Source: Eutreptiella sp. 'Long Island Sound 2002'
Lineage: Eukaryota > Protista > Euglenida
DNA: 64,000 bases
Assembly: GCA_964036045.1 (NCBI GenBank)
Contig: OZ038378.1
Span: 15,066,001-15,130,000 of the forward strand
Direction of reading: 5' to 3'
The translations under genes and the position numbers were made by a program. Under the pieces are notes generated by a model. That model saw nothing but the letters and a program-made list of their open reading frames with translations, was not told the DNA's origin and did no database searches. Positions within the stretch are counted from its first letter, which is position 1, and the number at the start of each line of letters is the position of its first letter. Positions 10,568 to 23,022 of this stretch are shown here, piece by piece.

Positions 10568-11269
10568 GGGGGAATGTTTGCCCGGCGCGCACCCGGTGCG
10601 CTACCTTTCTATTAACTATCCCGACTTCAGCCCGAGATTTACCCTCTGATGGAGAAGGCCCCCCAAATAGACCATTATGGACTGCACACCTTCCCTACAA
10701 AGCACGTTGCATAATTAGACAATAGCTGTGAATTCAACAACTCCAAATGTCATTTGTATTGTACTAAACAAACGGTACTTTGCCTTTACCTTTCGCATAG
10801 ATTTTGCTGTGGTAATGAGTCCCCAAGCCGCAAGCGGTTTGGACGGCGTTTCTGCCTCACGTCACAAGAACGAAGCGCAAACTCAGTATTCGCTACATCA
10901 CCCCTGCCTTCTCGGGGTCCCCATGGTGGGGAGAATCAATATGGCTACATTACCTGCTTTCTTGGGGTCCCCATGGTGGGGAGAAAGCAACCTAGTAATG
11001 AGTAGATGTGGTGGACCGGAGCAAAAAATGGAAGAAAATTGGTGAAACTGGGTGAGAATCCAAATATACCATATCCCGAATGTGAAAGAAGCATCAAAAT
11101 ACCCGTTGTCAAACAACAATAATGCCCATAGTATCACAAAGTATGGGGTTCTAGGATGGCTAGCCGTCCAAATAGTTGCACTGCGCACGCACTGCGCTTA
11201 GTGCACCCCCTAAAAGGTCACCGGTGGGGCACGGGTCAAAAAAGATGCCCGGCGCGCTAACGCTCCCCC
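10568..11269. mobile_element. Non-autonomous member of the 7074-9074 Harbinger-like family
   Basis: TIR GGGGGAATGTT / AACGCTCCCCC; TSD CTA (10565-10567, 11270-11272); same subterminal repeats, and the right-end ~55 bp is shared with 9015-9074. Confidence 0.85.
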
Positions 11270-14199
11270 CTAGACCCAGAGATAATATGTACAATGCAGT
11301 CCTCGGGGCATGCAGGCTGAAATGGGGCACCAGCTCAGCAACACGGCACCTCACGGGGCAACGGCAAAGGGGGCAAACGGGGGGGGTGGCCTGCGCCAGT
11401 TTTGCTTTGGCGGCTGGATTGGGGCTGGGATCGACGCAACGGTGACCAACGGTGAAACGGAGAAAAAAAAACCTATCTTCAACCCGTTCATCCCTGGCTT
11501 TTTGTATTTGTTTAAGATAGGTGTTCCCAGGAAAGCGGGAGTTCGTCTGCTAAAACTGGGGGACAGTGGGGTGGAATCAGGTCCCATGGGAGCAAAATGG
11601 CGCCCTTCTCAAATCTCCCCACACCATTCTCCCTCCGCACCATCAACCCCCTCTCTCCTCATGCAGGGCCTTTGGAATGCTTCTGGCCCCCATGAGCGTC
11701 CATTTTGGTGGGCACGAAATTTGTGGCCACAGAGCACGCCGAGGCGTCTGCGGACATGCGCTTGTCAGCCTTCTCCCCTGACCACCTGGGGCACCTTGAG
11801 AGAGTCGTTGAGCAACATGCAAAACACCGCTCACCCCTTAGTGTGACGTACAAATGTATGGGCCCTGCCCTCCTGTTGACCACCTCATCATATCGAGGAA
11901 CTGGCTTGGGAATCTCAGACCCCGCCAACCCCAACCCCAAACCCCACACCACAGTCCAGGCAATAGGGCATACAGGGTGCGCGGAAAGTCCGATGCAAAA
12001 GCACCGAAGGAGGACCAAGGTCACTCGCAGGCTCAAGACGTGTGCTATCCCCCCCCCCCACGCGCGCGCAACGACCAGCAATGTTTCACTGTTGGCCACG
12101 TCACAGGCAGTGTGGTCGTTCCACAGTGTTCAGAGGCAACAAAGCGCCTTTTGGTTGGTCGTCGCGCAAGGCGGTCGTTGTGCAAAAGGGGGCTGGGGGT
12201 TTAAAAAGTGCGGGGCTCCAGTCAACCTGCCCCAAGTCCCAAAAAATGACGGTCCTGGTTGAGGCGTAGGCTTGATGTTTGTGATCATGCGGCTGGGTAA
12301 GGGGGGGGGGGGGCAAGGCTATTCATCACAAATGAATGTAATGGATAAACTACGTCCAGTCATTCAACGAGCGGCCTCTAATGACACAGCAATTGGTGTC
12401 GGTATCAAAGCAACTTCGGTGCCAAGGAAACACTAGCCCCACGGGTTGTGTGACTGGGCCAAGGCTTGGCCGTAACTCTGACACCGGTCGTCACACTCTG
12501 GAATCTCTCACAATACATCGAGTAGAACTGCGGCGAAGCTGAAGCGTGGCTTGGCCAAAGGGGGGGAAGGCAGAGAAGGGAGGCTTGAGGCACAACAGAG
12601 AAACAGGGCCGACCAGCAAATGTCCGTTACTGTCCAACCGACATCGGTTGACTACCAACCAGTTGCTTGACTGCCAAACCGTCGCTGGTGACTGCAGTCC
12701 AGCCACCGAAAGCCTTACGTTGTCTGTGTGCAAAAAAGGGGGGGGGAAATAACGAAACACCTCATCCTTGCGATTTAAATACCTTCCATCCACAATGACG
12801 AGCAGTTTTGGGCAGAAGATGGGATGCTGCACTGGTCCTACCCGCACTTCAAACAAATGTTGGCTCCATACAGATTTACTCGCCGCAGTACTGTTGAGGT
12901 CTCTGCGCGTCGTTTGAAATCCCCCTGATGGTGACATTTCAATGGTGTCCACGTTCAGCGACAGAGTCGGACATACTCATGCCGGCCCAGATCGGTGCTG
13001 GGGCACTCATTGTGTGCTGCACTTCTCCCACTTGTTTCGACCCTTCATTGCGGGCAACTGCACTTGAGTACCTTCTGGGGGCACGTAGCCCGGCGGGTGA
13101 AACTGGGGACGATGCTGTGGATTGGGGGGTTGGGCGGTTGGAAGCCAGACATTGTGATGCGTTGCCTGCACTTGACCAGTGGTGCTGCATGAAATACTGA
13201 TGTGCGCTATCAAAGCTCTTCCTCAAACCATCTCGATTTTCGCCACACCAGCCCTCCAGACCCGCCCAAACGACCTGCATCACAATCCCATACCACCCCT
13301 TACAACACACTCACCAATGAGGCAGCCATAGCACCATGGGCCCACGGGGTCCTGACCCTACTGGATGCGCCCGCGCAGTCGCATGGGGCGCCCACCAGCC
13401 CCTCGTCGCGGCCGATGGTTGGCTTGACTCTGCAGTCGTCGCCATACAAACCACCCATGCAGGCCCTATTGCAGCGTACCTGGATGCTAAACCCATGCCG
13501 AGACAACAGAGTCACGCAGGTCTGTGCGCGCACAGACCAGGGGGTGCATGCATTGAAAAAGAAGACCCGGCTTGCGCTGTTTGGAGGATGCCAGTGGGAT
13601 GATGAGTGAATTCCCCACAGACACATGCACCCACCCACCCCCATGCCCTGCACTCTGCATGCCACCCCAGGGATGAGACGCATAATGCCACGCCAGGCAG
13701 TCCCCACCACAGCTACTGACCAATCCATATTTACAGTGAAAGGATGCGCCTGCTTGCGCATGGAGAGTCAACAAGACGGAGGGTCCAGGTTGGCAGTGAT
13801 GCACACCCCTTGACTGCAGGGATGGGCATGCGCGGTGGCTCGTCCCACTGACGCCCCCGCACCCGTGTGTCGTTCAGACATATGCCATGCAACCTACTGT
13901 GGCGAGGCCCTCAGTGGCACAGACAACCATGCCAACCATGATAGGGGAGGCCAAACCCCGTCTCCCCACCATCGAATGTCCACGGATTCATACATATCAC
14001 AGCGCCGCCCCCTGTTGCACTGCGGGCACAAATGGCATTTTCAGGCAATCCCCTATGAATGAGCAACGCAAGCTCACCACTTCAGCCTCTTGCAAGAGGC
14101 ACCGGAACCTCATCAGGTCATGTCTCAGTACCAAAACGAAAACTGGGACCGCCTGGTACCCCGACAGACCATTGGGTAACGTAACAGGAGGCTTGGTGC

Positions 14200-15364
14200 C
14201 CTGACTGACCCACCCCACATCAGAAAATTCTTCCTCAGAAGGCAAATGAAATTCAGAAAAGACACCTGCTCTCTGACCCGCCACCCCACCAACCAACCAA
14301 CAGGCCCTGGATCCACCCACCGATTCCCCAACCTCCACTCCAATGGGACCCACCTTAAGAGACTGCACCCAGCTCAACATACACGCAGGGGCAGGCCATT
14401 GCCATCTCTTCATAGCATCTGCCTGGTGGCTCACCGCTATCCGTTGTGAGCACACCAATGTCGGTTGTGGGCCAACCGATTGTGGGCTGACCGACGCCGG
14501 GCGTTGTGGGCTCAGCGATGCCGGCTGGACGTTTTTGGACTCAAGAACTGAAAAAAAAATCATACGTTTCGGTGGCCAATAAACGCTCTCTGAACACATA
14601 AATGTGTCGGGGGGGCACATGAATCCACTTACCTGTTATATCCTCGCAGTATTCCATGTGCAGAGTGTGCGGTGCAGTGCACAGTGTGCAGAGTGTGCCC
14701 TGCGGTGCCATGCCGAGTGCGCATCTACTCCACGCCACAAGTCAGATGAGCCCGTACCCTGCCTCACGGAAGTATCGATGCAGCCCAGATAGGGGGTCAC
14801 AGAGGCTTAGATTAGCATCGTAGCAAAAGGCATGCCATGCAACAGCAGCAGTCATGCTTCGCCCGAGTTGGGGGATTGGTCTGTCTTCGCGTCGGATTTC
14901 GGAATCCGAGACCAGCAGTGCGCTTGTCGGGGCCCAGTCCTCATTAAGCCTGTCGCTCATGCGCGGGGCAGACACTCTCCCGCAGCAGATCCCGGACTCC
15001 TTATGTCAGAGAGCCCACTAAGAGTGCCCGAATGACAGCCCGTCGTTCAGGGCGCCTCCTGTTCAACATCTGATGACGTTTGACTGGGCAACCCCTCCAA
15101 AACTTCTGGAGACAGGGGTCGCCTGCGCACGCCACCCTCCTCCACAACTTCCGACTGTTTGCGCACATCCTCCGCAACTTCGGAGGGCAGTGGCTGCATC
15201 AGGACATCCTCAATCCCCTGGGGCCGAGAAGACTCAAAAGCATCCAAGAAGTCAAAATCGTCGTCCGAGTCCCCTGTGCCCTGCAGACGGAAGAACGTGA
15301 AGGGCACTGTTTGCCCCGAAAAACGGAATGCCGCACTTCTAACCCCATAGCCAACCAATGGCAA
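14200..15364 (-). pseudogene. Decayed long ORF of unknown (probably TE) origin
   Basis: ORFs 15047..15364, 14742..14975 and 14541..14738 are in one frame, separated only by isolated stops. Acidic N-part and a CTLCTAPH motif. Confidence 0.35.
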
Positions 15365-15965
15365 TTACGGGCAACAGTGTCACCCTGTGACCCAGTGTGG
15401 GGCCACTTACCAGCTCGTGTGGGGACCCTGCGGGGTGCCACAGTCCGAGGCTGGCAGCCCAACCATACACGGACCTCAGTTCACGGGGTCGGTGGGAAGG
15501 GTAGGAGTTTTGCAAGTTGCCGAAATTGCCCCCCTCCCCCCCCAAATAAACCTCGGTCCGGCACAACAACTGGGCACCCCCGTGGTGTTCGGCACGCGTT
15601 GGGTACCTGCACCTGACTCCGTTACCACGCCCTGAAGAGGCGCCCCTAGCCCACAACTCCTCGGCCTTGACACCTCGCACTCAAGGGCCTACACCCATGG
15701 GATTGCCTTATGCCATGCCATGGATATGTGAGGTTCCATGGGTTTTCTGTTGAGGTGGTCTTTTCCATTTTCCTGTAGGGGGCTAAAAACTGTGAGCAAG
15801 CCACCGAAGATGTTGACACTGGGACGGCACATTCTCCAACAGCTACGGAAGATTACAGTGTTTGCGCCCTGGGGCGTGGCAAACAGTGGAGGCTAGACTC
15901 TGCAATTTTGATGGGGTTATAAAGTATTTGCATAACAGAGCATAGCATAACAACACTGCACGACG

Positions 15966-16076
15966 CAACACCAACACTAACCAACACCAACACCAACACC
16001 AACACCAACACCAACACCAACACCACACCACACCACATCACACCACACCACACCACACCACACCACACCACACCAT
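15966..16076. repeat. (ACACCA)n/(CACAC)n microsatellite
   Basis: Directly visible. Confidence 0.95.
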
Positions 16077-16259
16077 GGGTACGCTGGGCTGGAACGTGGT
16101 GCTCCTAATCTGTAAGCAGTCGCCTAGCAACCTCCCGAGTGACACCCACCTCTACTGGCTCCTGATGACCTTCTTGGATATCCACACTCAGGTGGAGCCC
16201 TCCCCTGCATGCGTGCCTAAAGGAGGACTAGCGGGTGTCCTTCCTCCGTGAGGCGCTGG

Positions 16260-16420
16260 CCATCGGCACCCAGGGCCCAGCGATGGTATGGCACCAGGCA
16301 CAGCCCACTCCAGAATACTGAGGTTGGGTGTCCCAATTGCCACACCTGGTGATCAGGGTTGTGGGTACGCCGCTGCCCAACCTGCGGAGCAATCTTATGG
16401 AAGAGGTACTGGCCCGTTTC
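16260..16420 (+). pseudogene. Possible remnant of a tyrosine-recombinase C-terminus
   Basis: WYGTRH...LGVPIAT...SY across frames loosely resembles WHxxRxxG...LGVPxxxL..WG.W.S...Y. Confidence 0.3.
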
Positions 16421-17804
16421 CAGTCCCTGACGAAAAGCCAAACGCATGAGTGTCCAAGGCACCCAAACATTGGAACACTCCTTCTGGCCCTCCAAGCAGC
16501 GGGTGCCTTGCCCCCAGAGTTGGACGCGGCGCTTCGAACCCATCTTTTGGAGCATTTTGGGGCAGGAGCAGTCCTAACCCTGCAGGAGCAGTCCTAAGCC
16601 CCCACCAAGGGCCCAGGGCACCACCCAGGTTCCACGACCTGCCACAGCTGGCCACCATACAGGGGACTATCATGGCAACAGGTGCGGGCGCCACCCTAGT
16701 TGAGGTGGCCATGGCAATGGTCTCTGAACACGAGCCCGGACTCATTCGAGGTTTTCAAACGCTCCCCTCAGCCCCTCAAAGCTGGGATCGTAGCCACTGC
16801 AGTGTTCAGGAGGTTCTTGGAGTCCAGTATGTACAGTCAGAGGTGCATAAGTGTTGGCTCTGTGGCGTCCCGCCTGCCTGCGATCGGTTCCGTCCTGCTG
16901 CTTCCCCCTACTTGTCCCCCTGTACCCTTGCTAAACCTAAAGAGTCAAACAACAGATCGGGCACGCGAAGGCAGGCCCTGAAAAGCAATGCTCTCATCAT
17001 GCTCTCATCTTCTTGGCAATACGGGTATATCTGCTCTGGGTGATAAGACACCCTGAGCTGTGCCCGTGACAAAACACGCGGCTGTTTTCACTAATACTGC
17101 CTGACGGATGGGAGAGTCAGCAACAATGTGTACAGAAAACGTGTCGCATCCCTTGAAATGGGGTCACTTGTATGGAATAATGTCTGTTGAAAGTGCCTCA
17201 GCACTTCTGGCATCCTACAAACCACATGCAAAAATAATCCCCGGACATGCCGGCTGAGGTGCGCACTGGCCGGCGCCCTGCTGCAGTGGGTACCATCAAA
17301 ATGGCCTCCCAATTGAAGGTGTGCATCTGGTCTTCTCTTTTTCGGATCCAACTGATGCGCATATTTTCACAAGCACACCGTTTAAGCAGCCAATACATGG
17401 CGACCATCTGCGAAAACAACTCCCGATGCGACATTGGTTCTGGTGTGCCGAGCGTTGTTACGATTTCGACCATCACTGGTACCACTGGATGGCGTCATGA
17501 GTGAAGTTGAGGAACCCCAGGGCCTCATCTTCAACCTCCTGCAATTTTTTGAGTGCTTGCACTTTGAATCGTTGGCGTGTTTCTTGTGGTGTGGGCGGTA
17601 TGGGCGGTCTCGGCCGTCCACGCTGTTGCCCTCTCCCACGATTTGTGCGCCGTCCACCCCGCGTCATGACGCTGGGGTGTGCTCCCGTGACAGGACACAG
17701 GCAAAAGTGGTTGTAACAATCTAAAAGCAATAGAAAAGAGTAGGCACCGCATTGTGTCTCACAGGAGTGAGCCGTAGTGGGTGTGGTGGGAGCCTAGCTG
17801 GGAG

Positions 17805-19430
17805 TTATGGCGAAGACCGTCGACTCTTCAGCTTAGCTCTCTTCTTCGGGGCTTTACAGGTATCACTGGCATCAGTGCTGCAATCATCTGAGTTGAGAAA
17901 GAGGCATCGTTCTACCGAATCTTGAGGCTCAGGGTCCAGTAGGGCTGATGCGCGCAAGTACATTGGTTGGGACGTCGGCGACAAGGCCTCTTTATCCCCA
18001 CAAGGAAGGCAAGTGTGGGACATTAGTTCCAGTCCCAACGCCCTCCAAACCGCCAGGGGGGAGGGGGTCGCATAAGGTGGGGGTGAACCCAATAGCGAGC
18101 ACACCACAGAGTGTGGTGTTGGAAAATCATCTGTTTACTGGCCGTCTGAGCTGGCCTGAGAAGGAGTGTTGAATAGGGTCATGGCCACGGCCGTTTCCAT
18201 GTCGGAATCGCAGTCAAAAAATGGCTTGACTGGGGCTGCCAGGCTTGGTGTGTGGGACATCTCCTGTTTGTCTGGAGAAGGATACCTGAGGAGAGGGTGG
18301 TCTTGCCTCCCCTTCTTGGCTAGGGTGTCCGCCCTTTCATTGCCTGGAATGCCCTGGTGTGATGGGGACCAGGCCCACCTAATTAAGTGCTGTGCCATGT
18401 CAATGGCGAGCAGCAAGGCTTCCCACAGATCCAAGTTGGGCACGGGACCTGTGGGCAGGCACATTGCAGTTGCCGCCAGGTATAGGCCTTTCAAGCCACA
18501 CCATCCAGTACATAACTAGAGTCCCCAAAAATCACTGTCTTTTGCGAGACTTTCACTACTGCCGAAATTGCCGCTTTTAACTCCGCCCTGTTGTTGGTTT
18601 GTTTTTCGAGTGTGTCCAGGGGGGAGGAGAATTCCTAGTGCCCCTGGTGGCAACTGCCAAAACCCCCCACCCAGCCGGCCTTGGGGTAGTATTTGGCTGA
18701 GCCATCAAAATGAAAGATGTGCCATCCCTCAGCAAGGTAGACTTGTTGGATGGCAATGACTTGCTGTGCCATTGTCGCCTTACGTTCATTGCGTTTTGCT
18801 GTTTAGGATTGTTGTGCAGGGTTGAGGGTGTGTCATGCACTCGACGGGTACGCCAATTGATGTGCACTGCCTTAAAAGTACCCTCCTGTGTGAAGTGCAT
18901 GAGTGAGTTGAAGAACCTCTGGACGCCACCACGGTGGCCTTTCAGTGGTTCCCAGGTGAGTAATGTTTTCAGCTCTTGAAGCCACCGGTGGACATATTGT
19001 TCAAATGTGGGTTTGTTGTTCGGTGCAGCCGAGCAGCGCGTTGCCCAGTGTGCCTTGCGGGCTGCCCAGAGGATGAGCCCTGGTGTGGTGTTGAACGTGT
19101 GTTCCAATGGGAAGTGCATCCAGCGCCCTGTTTTACCATTCACCCTCCATTCCCCAAAGCACTCCACCATGAATCTGTGTGTGCGCCATAGAATGCAGAG
19201 TTGTGCAAGGTGTGGAACACAGTCTCCCGCGCTCCACACATGGGGCAGGCAGCGGTTTTTAGCCATGGTTCCAGGCGGTGCCGTACCTTTAGTTTGTGCC
19301 ACGTGCACTGATATGCAAAGTCTTTTAAGCTGGGGGGTAGGTTGGCTGGCCAGAACCAACATCCACACGAAGGTGTAATGGTAATGGCCACGATGCCTTG
19401 CACACACGAAAATGCAAAACGGGTGGGTTT
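17805..19430 (-). pseudogene. 3' fragment of a second L1/Tx1-like LINE: zf-RVT + RNase H + basic C-terminal tail
   Basis: WHKLKVRHRL..CPMCGARETVFH; then DGSAKYYPKAGWVGGFG, QTNNRAELKAA, GDSSYVLDG, NLDLWEAL, WSPSHQGIPGNERADTLAK (full D-E-D-D set); tail STDASDTCKAPKKR. Confidence 0.9.
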
Positions 19431-19499
19431 TGATCGTGAACCCTAAAATCCAACCATCAGTCGTATGCACGTGCAGCTGGGTGCAATTCAAGGTCTCCT

Positions 19500-20130
19500 T
19501 GGGGACGGTTTGTTGCTTTGCCTGATGGTGCAGTTGGAGTTCCCGTGGGGCCTGCACCATCCCCCCCCCCCCCGGCCCTAAGCAGGGGTTGATGAGGACG
19601 GTACACGCTTTGGTGTGGGCCAGCCAAACCTTCCGGGACTGCCGAATAAACTCCGTTCCCTCATAATGTGGGCCAACCAGCCCCATGCACACCCTAGGCA
19701 AGGACGGCATGGCTATGGCCGCGGCCCAATGCTCGCACACTACAGGGACCCATAGCTGTAGTTGCATGGGCGCCACTCTCAGTCCCACATGAGCCTCCAG
19801 CCACGCATGTAGGCTTTGCGAGGCGTGCCTCCAAACATGGGACAGCACCTTGCACTCCCAGATGTGCAATGCGGTCTCCGGGTAGCCACCACACAACAAG
19901 CACGGCGTGCACAACTACACATTGCTCTGCTCTGTGCGCTCCGCCAACACCGTCATGGTGGGGAGGTTGCGCATGCGGTGGGCCGCTAGGATCTTGATGG
20001 TCACTCGTGAACCTGTCTAGCGGCAACCTGAGGCCCCATTGGTAGGTGGGGCCCCATCGGTGCTCATATTGCACCCGTGCCGCGACCGCCGCCTTTGAAG
20101 CCAATGCTCTCGGTCCGACGGGGCTAGTTG
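19500..20130 (-). pseudogene. 3' fragment of another LINE family (zinc-finger region, no RNase H seen)
   Basis: RVQYEHRWGPTYQWGLRL...CTPCLLCGGYPETALHIWEC...QSRKVWLAH. Confidence 0.75.
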
Positions 20131-20419
20131 GCAGTGGTCCCGAAATTTGTGGTGGGACAAGAGTAGGGACGGCGCAACATCCAGGGTGAGGTCTGCCTAT
20201 GGCTCATCCTTGGGGCAGCCTCCACTCTCACGTTAATGTCAGTGAACTAGTGGAACAGGATCACCACAATGTTGATGGCCGCTTTGGACGCCGGGCGGTT
20301 TGCCCCCCGGGTGTGCGCACACTGTATACCATCCGCACGGTGCCCGTGCTCCTAGTATGTGCACAGGGTACCTGCGGCAGACTCCAAGTCGGGGAGACAA
20401 AAGCACGGGCCAAGCGGAG

Positions 20420-20852
20420 CGCCCCGAACACAGAAACGTGCCGTTGTGCACGCCGTGCTTGCTTGCTTGCTGTGCCGCGGGAGCCCGGAGACGGCCCGGC
20501 ATCTGTGGGAATGCCCGGTACAGTCCCATGAGTGGTGGCCGGTCCGGCAGTGCCCGCACACATGGCTGAGCACCTATGTGGGCCCAGGGCGTCACACGTG
20601 CAAAGCCAGCTGTTGGACTCTACGGTCCTCGAGCAGTGGTTGGCAGCCATCGCCCCACCATCCCTGCAGATGGCTCATATGGGGCCGGCGGGACCGCACG
20701 ACATGGGAATGGAGTTCATCCGGCACGTACTGTTGGAGTCACAGAAGGTGTGGCTGGCCCACGCCAGAGCTCGTGACAGCCTCGTCAAGGCCCGTGCGGG
20801 GCCCGGGGGCACAATGGTGTGGGCATTGAAAGAACTACAATTGCACCAGTAA
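20420..20852 (+). pseudogene. Second, diverged copy of the 19500-20130 LINE 3' fragment, in the opposite orientation
   Basis: CLLCRGSPETARHLWEC...EQWLAAIAPPSL...ESQKVWLAHARARDSLV...ELQLHQ*. Confidence 0.75.
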
Positions 20853-21533
20853 GCGGAGCGGCAGGGCGTCCCCACGCGGCTCTGAACTGCCACAGAATGT
20901 GGAGACAGTGGCCCATGCCACCGCAGGTGCGAAACACAGCACACGTTGAGACACACAACCCTCCCGTCTTGCATTACCTGTATGCACTACCATCGCGGCC
21001 ATTGCCATTTGGTAACAGCGCCTCCGGCACACCACACCACACTACGCCACGCCACACCACACCACACTACGCCACACCACACCACACCACATCTCTGGCG
21101 GTGCATAGCAGGAGCTCCACTGCCCACTGCCCACAGGCAGTGAGGCAGTGCATAGCAGGAGTTGCACTGCCCACAGCCTCCAGGCAGTGTGGCAGTGCGT
21201 TGCAGGAGTTCCACTGCCCACTGCCCTCTGCCTACAAGTGCAGTGCAGCAGGGCACACACAGTGCAGTGCAGTGCACAGCACCAACCAGTGCGGCACCGC
21301 ACAGAAAGTACTGATGGTGCAGCGCGGCACACACGGTGCAGTGGGCCTACTAGACCCTGTGTGACTGTGCACAGGCGTCGGCAGAGCAATACCGGCCAAG
21401 TGCGACTGTGCACTGGTCCGGCTGTACAACAACACACTAGCACACAGCGCGCACTTAGACACACAGCCCTCCTGTTTACCTGTACCCATGGGTAGACATC
21501 CCAGCCATTGCCTTCTGGTAACAGCGCCTTCAG

Positions 21534-21775
21534 CACACCACACCACACCACGCAACACAACACAACACAACACAACACAACACAACACAACACAACACAA
21601 CACAACACAACACAACACAACACAACACAACACAACACACCACACCACACCACACCACACCACACCACACCACACCACACCACAACACAACACAACACAA
21701 CACAACACAACACAACACAACACAACACAACACAACACAACACAACACAACACAACACAACACAACACAACACAA
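21534..21775. repeat. Compound pentanucleotide microsatellite (CACAA)n-(CACAC)n-(CACAA)n
   Basis: Directly visible. Confidence 0.97.
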
Positions 21776-22883
21776 TGAAGAGGCTGCGAGATGCAGGACT
21801 TGAAGGGGCTGCACAGGTTTGGAGGAGGAGGAGGAGGTTGGCTGGAGAGATGTAGGGGGTGGGCACACTTTGAACATCGGCGGAGCATCCGGAAGAGGAG
21901 ACCGGGCGTGGGAATCACTGGAGACGGTGGAAAACGATTGTATACGTGGGATCCCCAACTTTGCCGCGGGCTGGGCCTTTGCAACAGGCGCTGTGTGAGG
22001 CAGGACGAGGACCTACATACCGCAGCACACCACCTCCGGACAACGTCTCCAACACCACAAACACCTTCGCATACCAACGCCACCCACCACCTCCGCACAC
22101 CGTCTCCGCACAACATCTTTGCATGTCATCATGAAGGCAATACTTACTTGCTCAAGATTACTTGCTGCGATTACTTGCTTACCCAGGCCTAGCGGAATCC
22201 AGGCAAGGCTCTTGATTCCCCCCTGTGACCCAGTGCAACAAAGGGTACAGTCACAAGCACGCACCTGTGGGGCTCGGAGGCTTTGCATTGATTTCGGGCA
22301 GCAAATCCATGAGGTTTCGGTCCAGGGCCCCCTCATCTTCAGCAGGTTGCAATCCAGACATCAGTGTGGAGACCAGACTGGCAGCCTTCTCCCCTTGGAG
22401 AAGAGGAGCAACCGATGCAGCAGGATAAATGTGACAAACGGGCAGCGATTCACAGGTTCTTATGGGGGCACAATCAGACAAAACAAATGGCAGACCCCCC
22501 CCCCCAAAGTATACGCCCAGGAAATTCGCATACCGGCCCTCGCGCTAATGAGACACAGGCAAACGTAGAGAGGACCACGTCCATCATCAAAACAAACACG
22601 GTGACATACATCCACACAAACCACAGTGCAACGGTTAGCTGGTCAGTGTAGAGACTACTCTATGACGGCCTACAGCAGCAAGTAGTTAAACGCGGGCTTG
22701 GCGCAAATGCCTTGCAACAGACAGGTGATTCATGCCCGTTTTTCGAGACCGTGAAGCTGCACGGTGGACGTGCCAACGCGCAAGGACAAAAGGAGCAAGG
22801 GAGGGAAGGCAGGGGATGGGGAGTGAGGTACGTGCGGCGACACACCGCGCAGTGGGGATGTCGGTCTTTGGGGCCTGGCTTAC

Positions 22884-22935
22884 CACGACTGACCGGCACT
22901 ATGGCCGTGCGTTGTGCAGGAGTAAAGATCAATTC
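22884..22935 (-). CDS. Ankyrin-repeat protein, putative exon 3
   Basis: CAG| acceptor at 22937-22936 after a CT-rich 87-nt intron; phase compatible; followed by GTAAGC at 22883. Downstream exons were not found. Confidence 0.4.
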
Positions 22936-23022
22936 CTGCTGCATTCACCCCAAGCACAATGAAACACAGAAACAACAGGAGGGAGAGAGAGGGAGAGGGA
23001 GGGAGAGAACTCCAACGGGAAC

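Noticed and set aside
13135-13160. WKPDIV as a restriction-like endonuclease motif
   Set aside because: No following D/ExK and no upstream CCHC/RT context recognised.
13435-13449. LYGDD as an RT active site
   Set aside because: No flanking RT motifs in any frame.
18577-19914. 445-aa ORF as a gene
   Set aside because: Chance chimera crossing two different decayed LINE fragments and switching in and out of their true frames.
21042-22116. Long Cys/Val-rich or His/Thr-rich ORFs (274, 294 aa and others)
   Set aside because: They are translations of the (CACAA/CACAC)n microsatellite.
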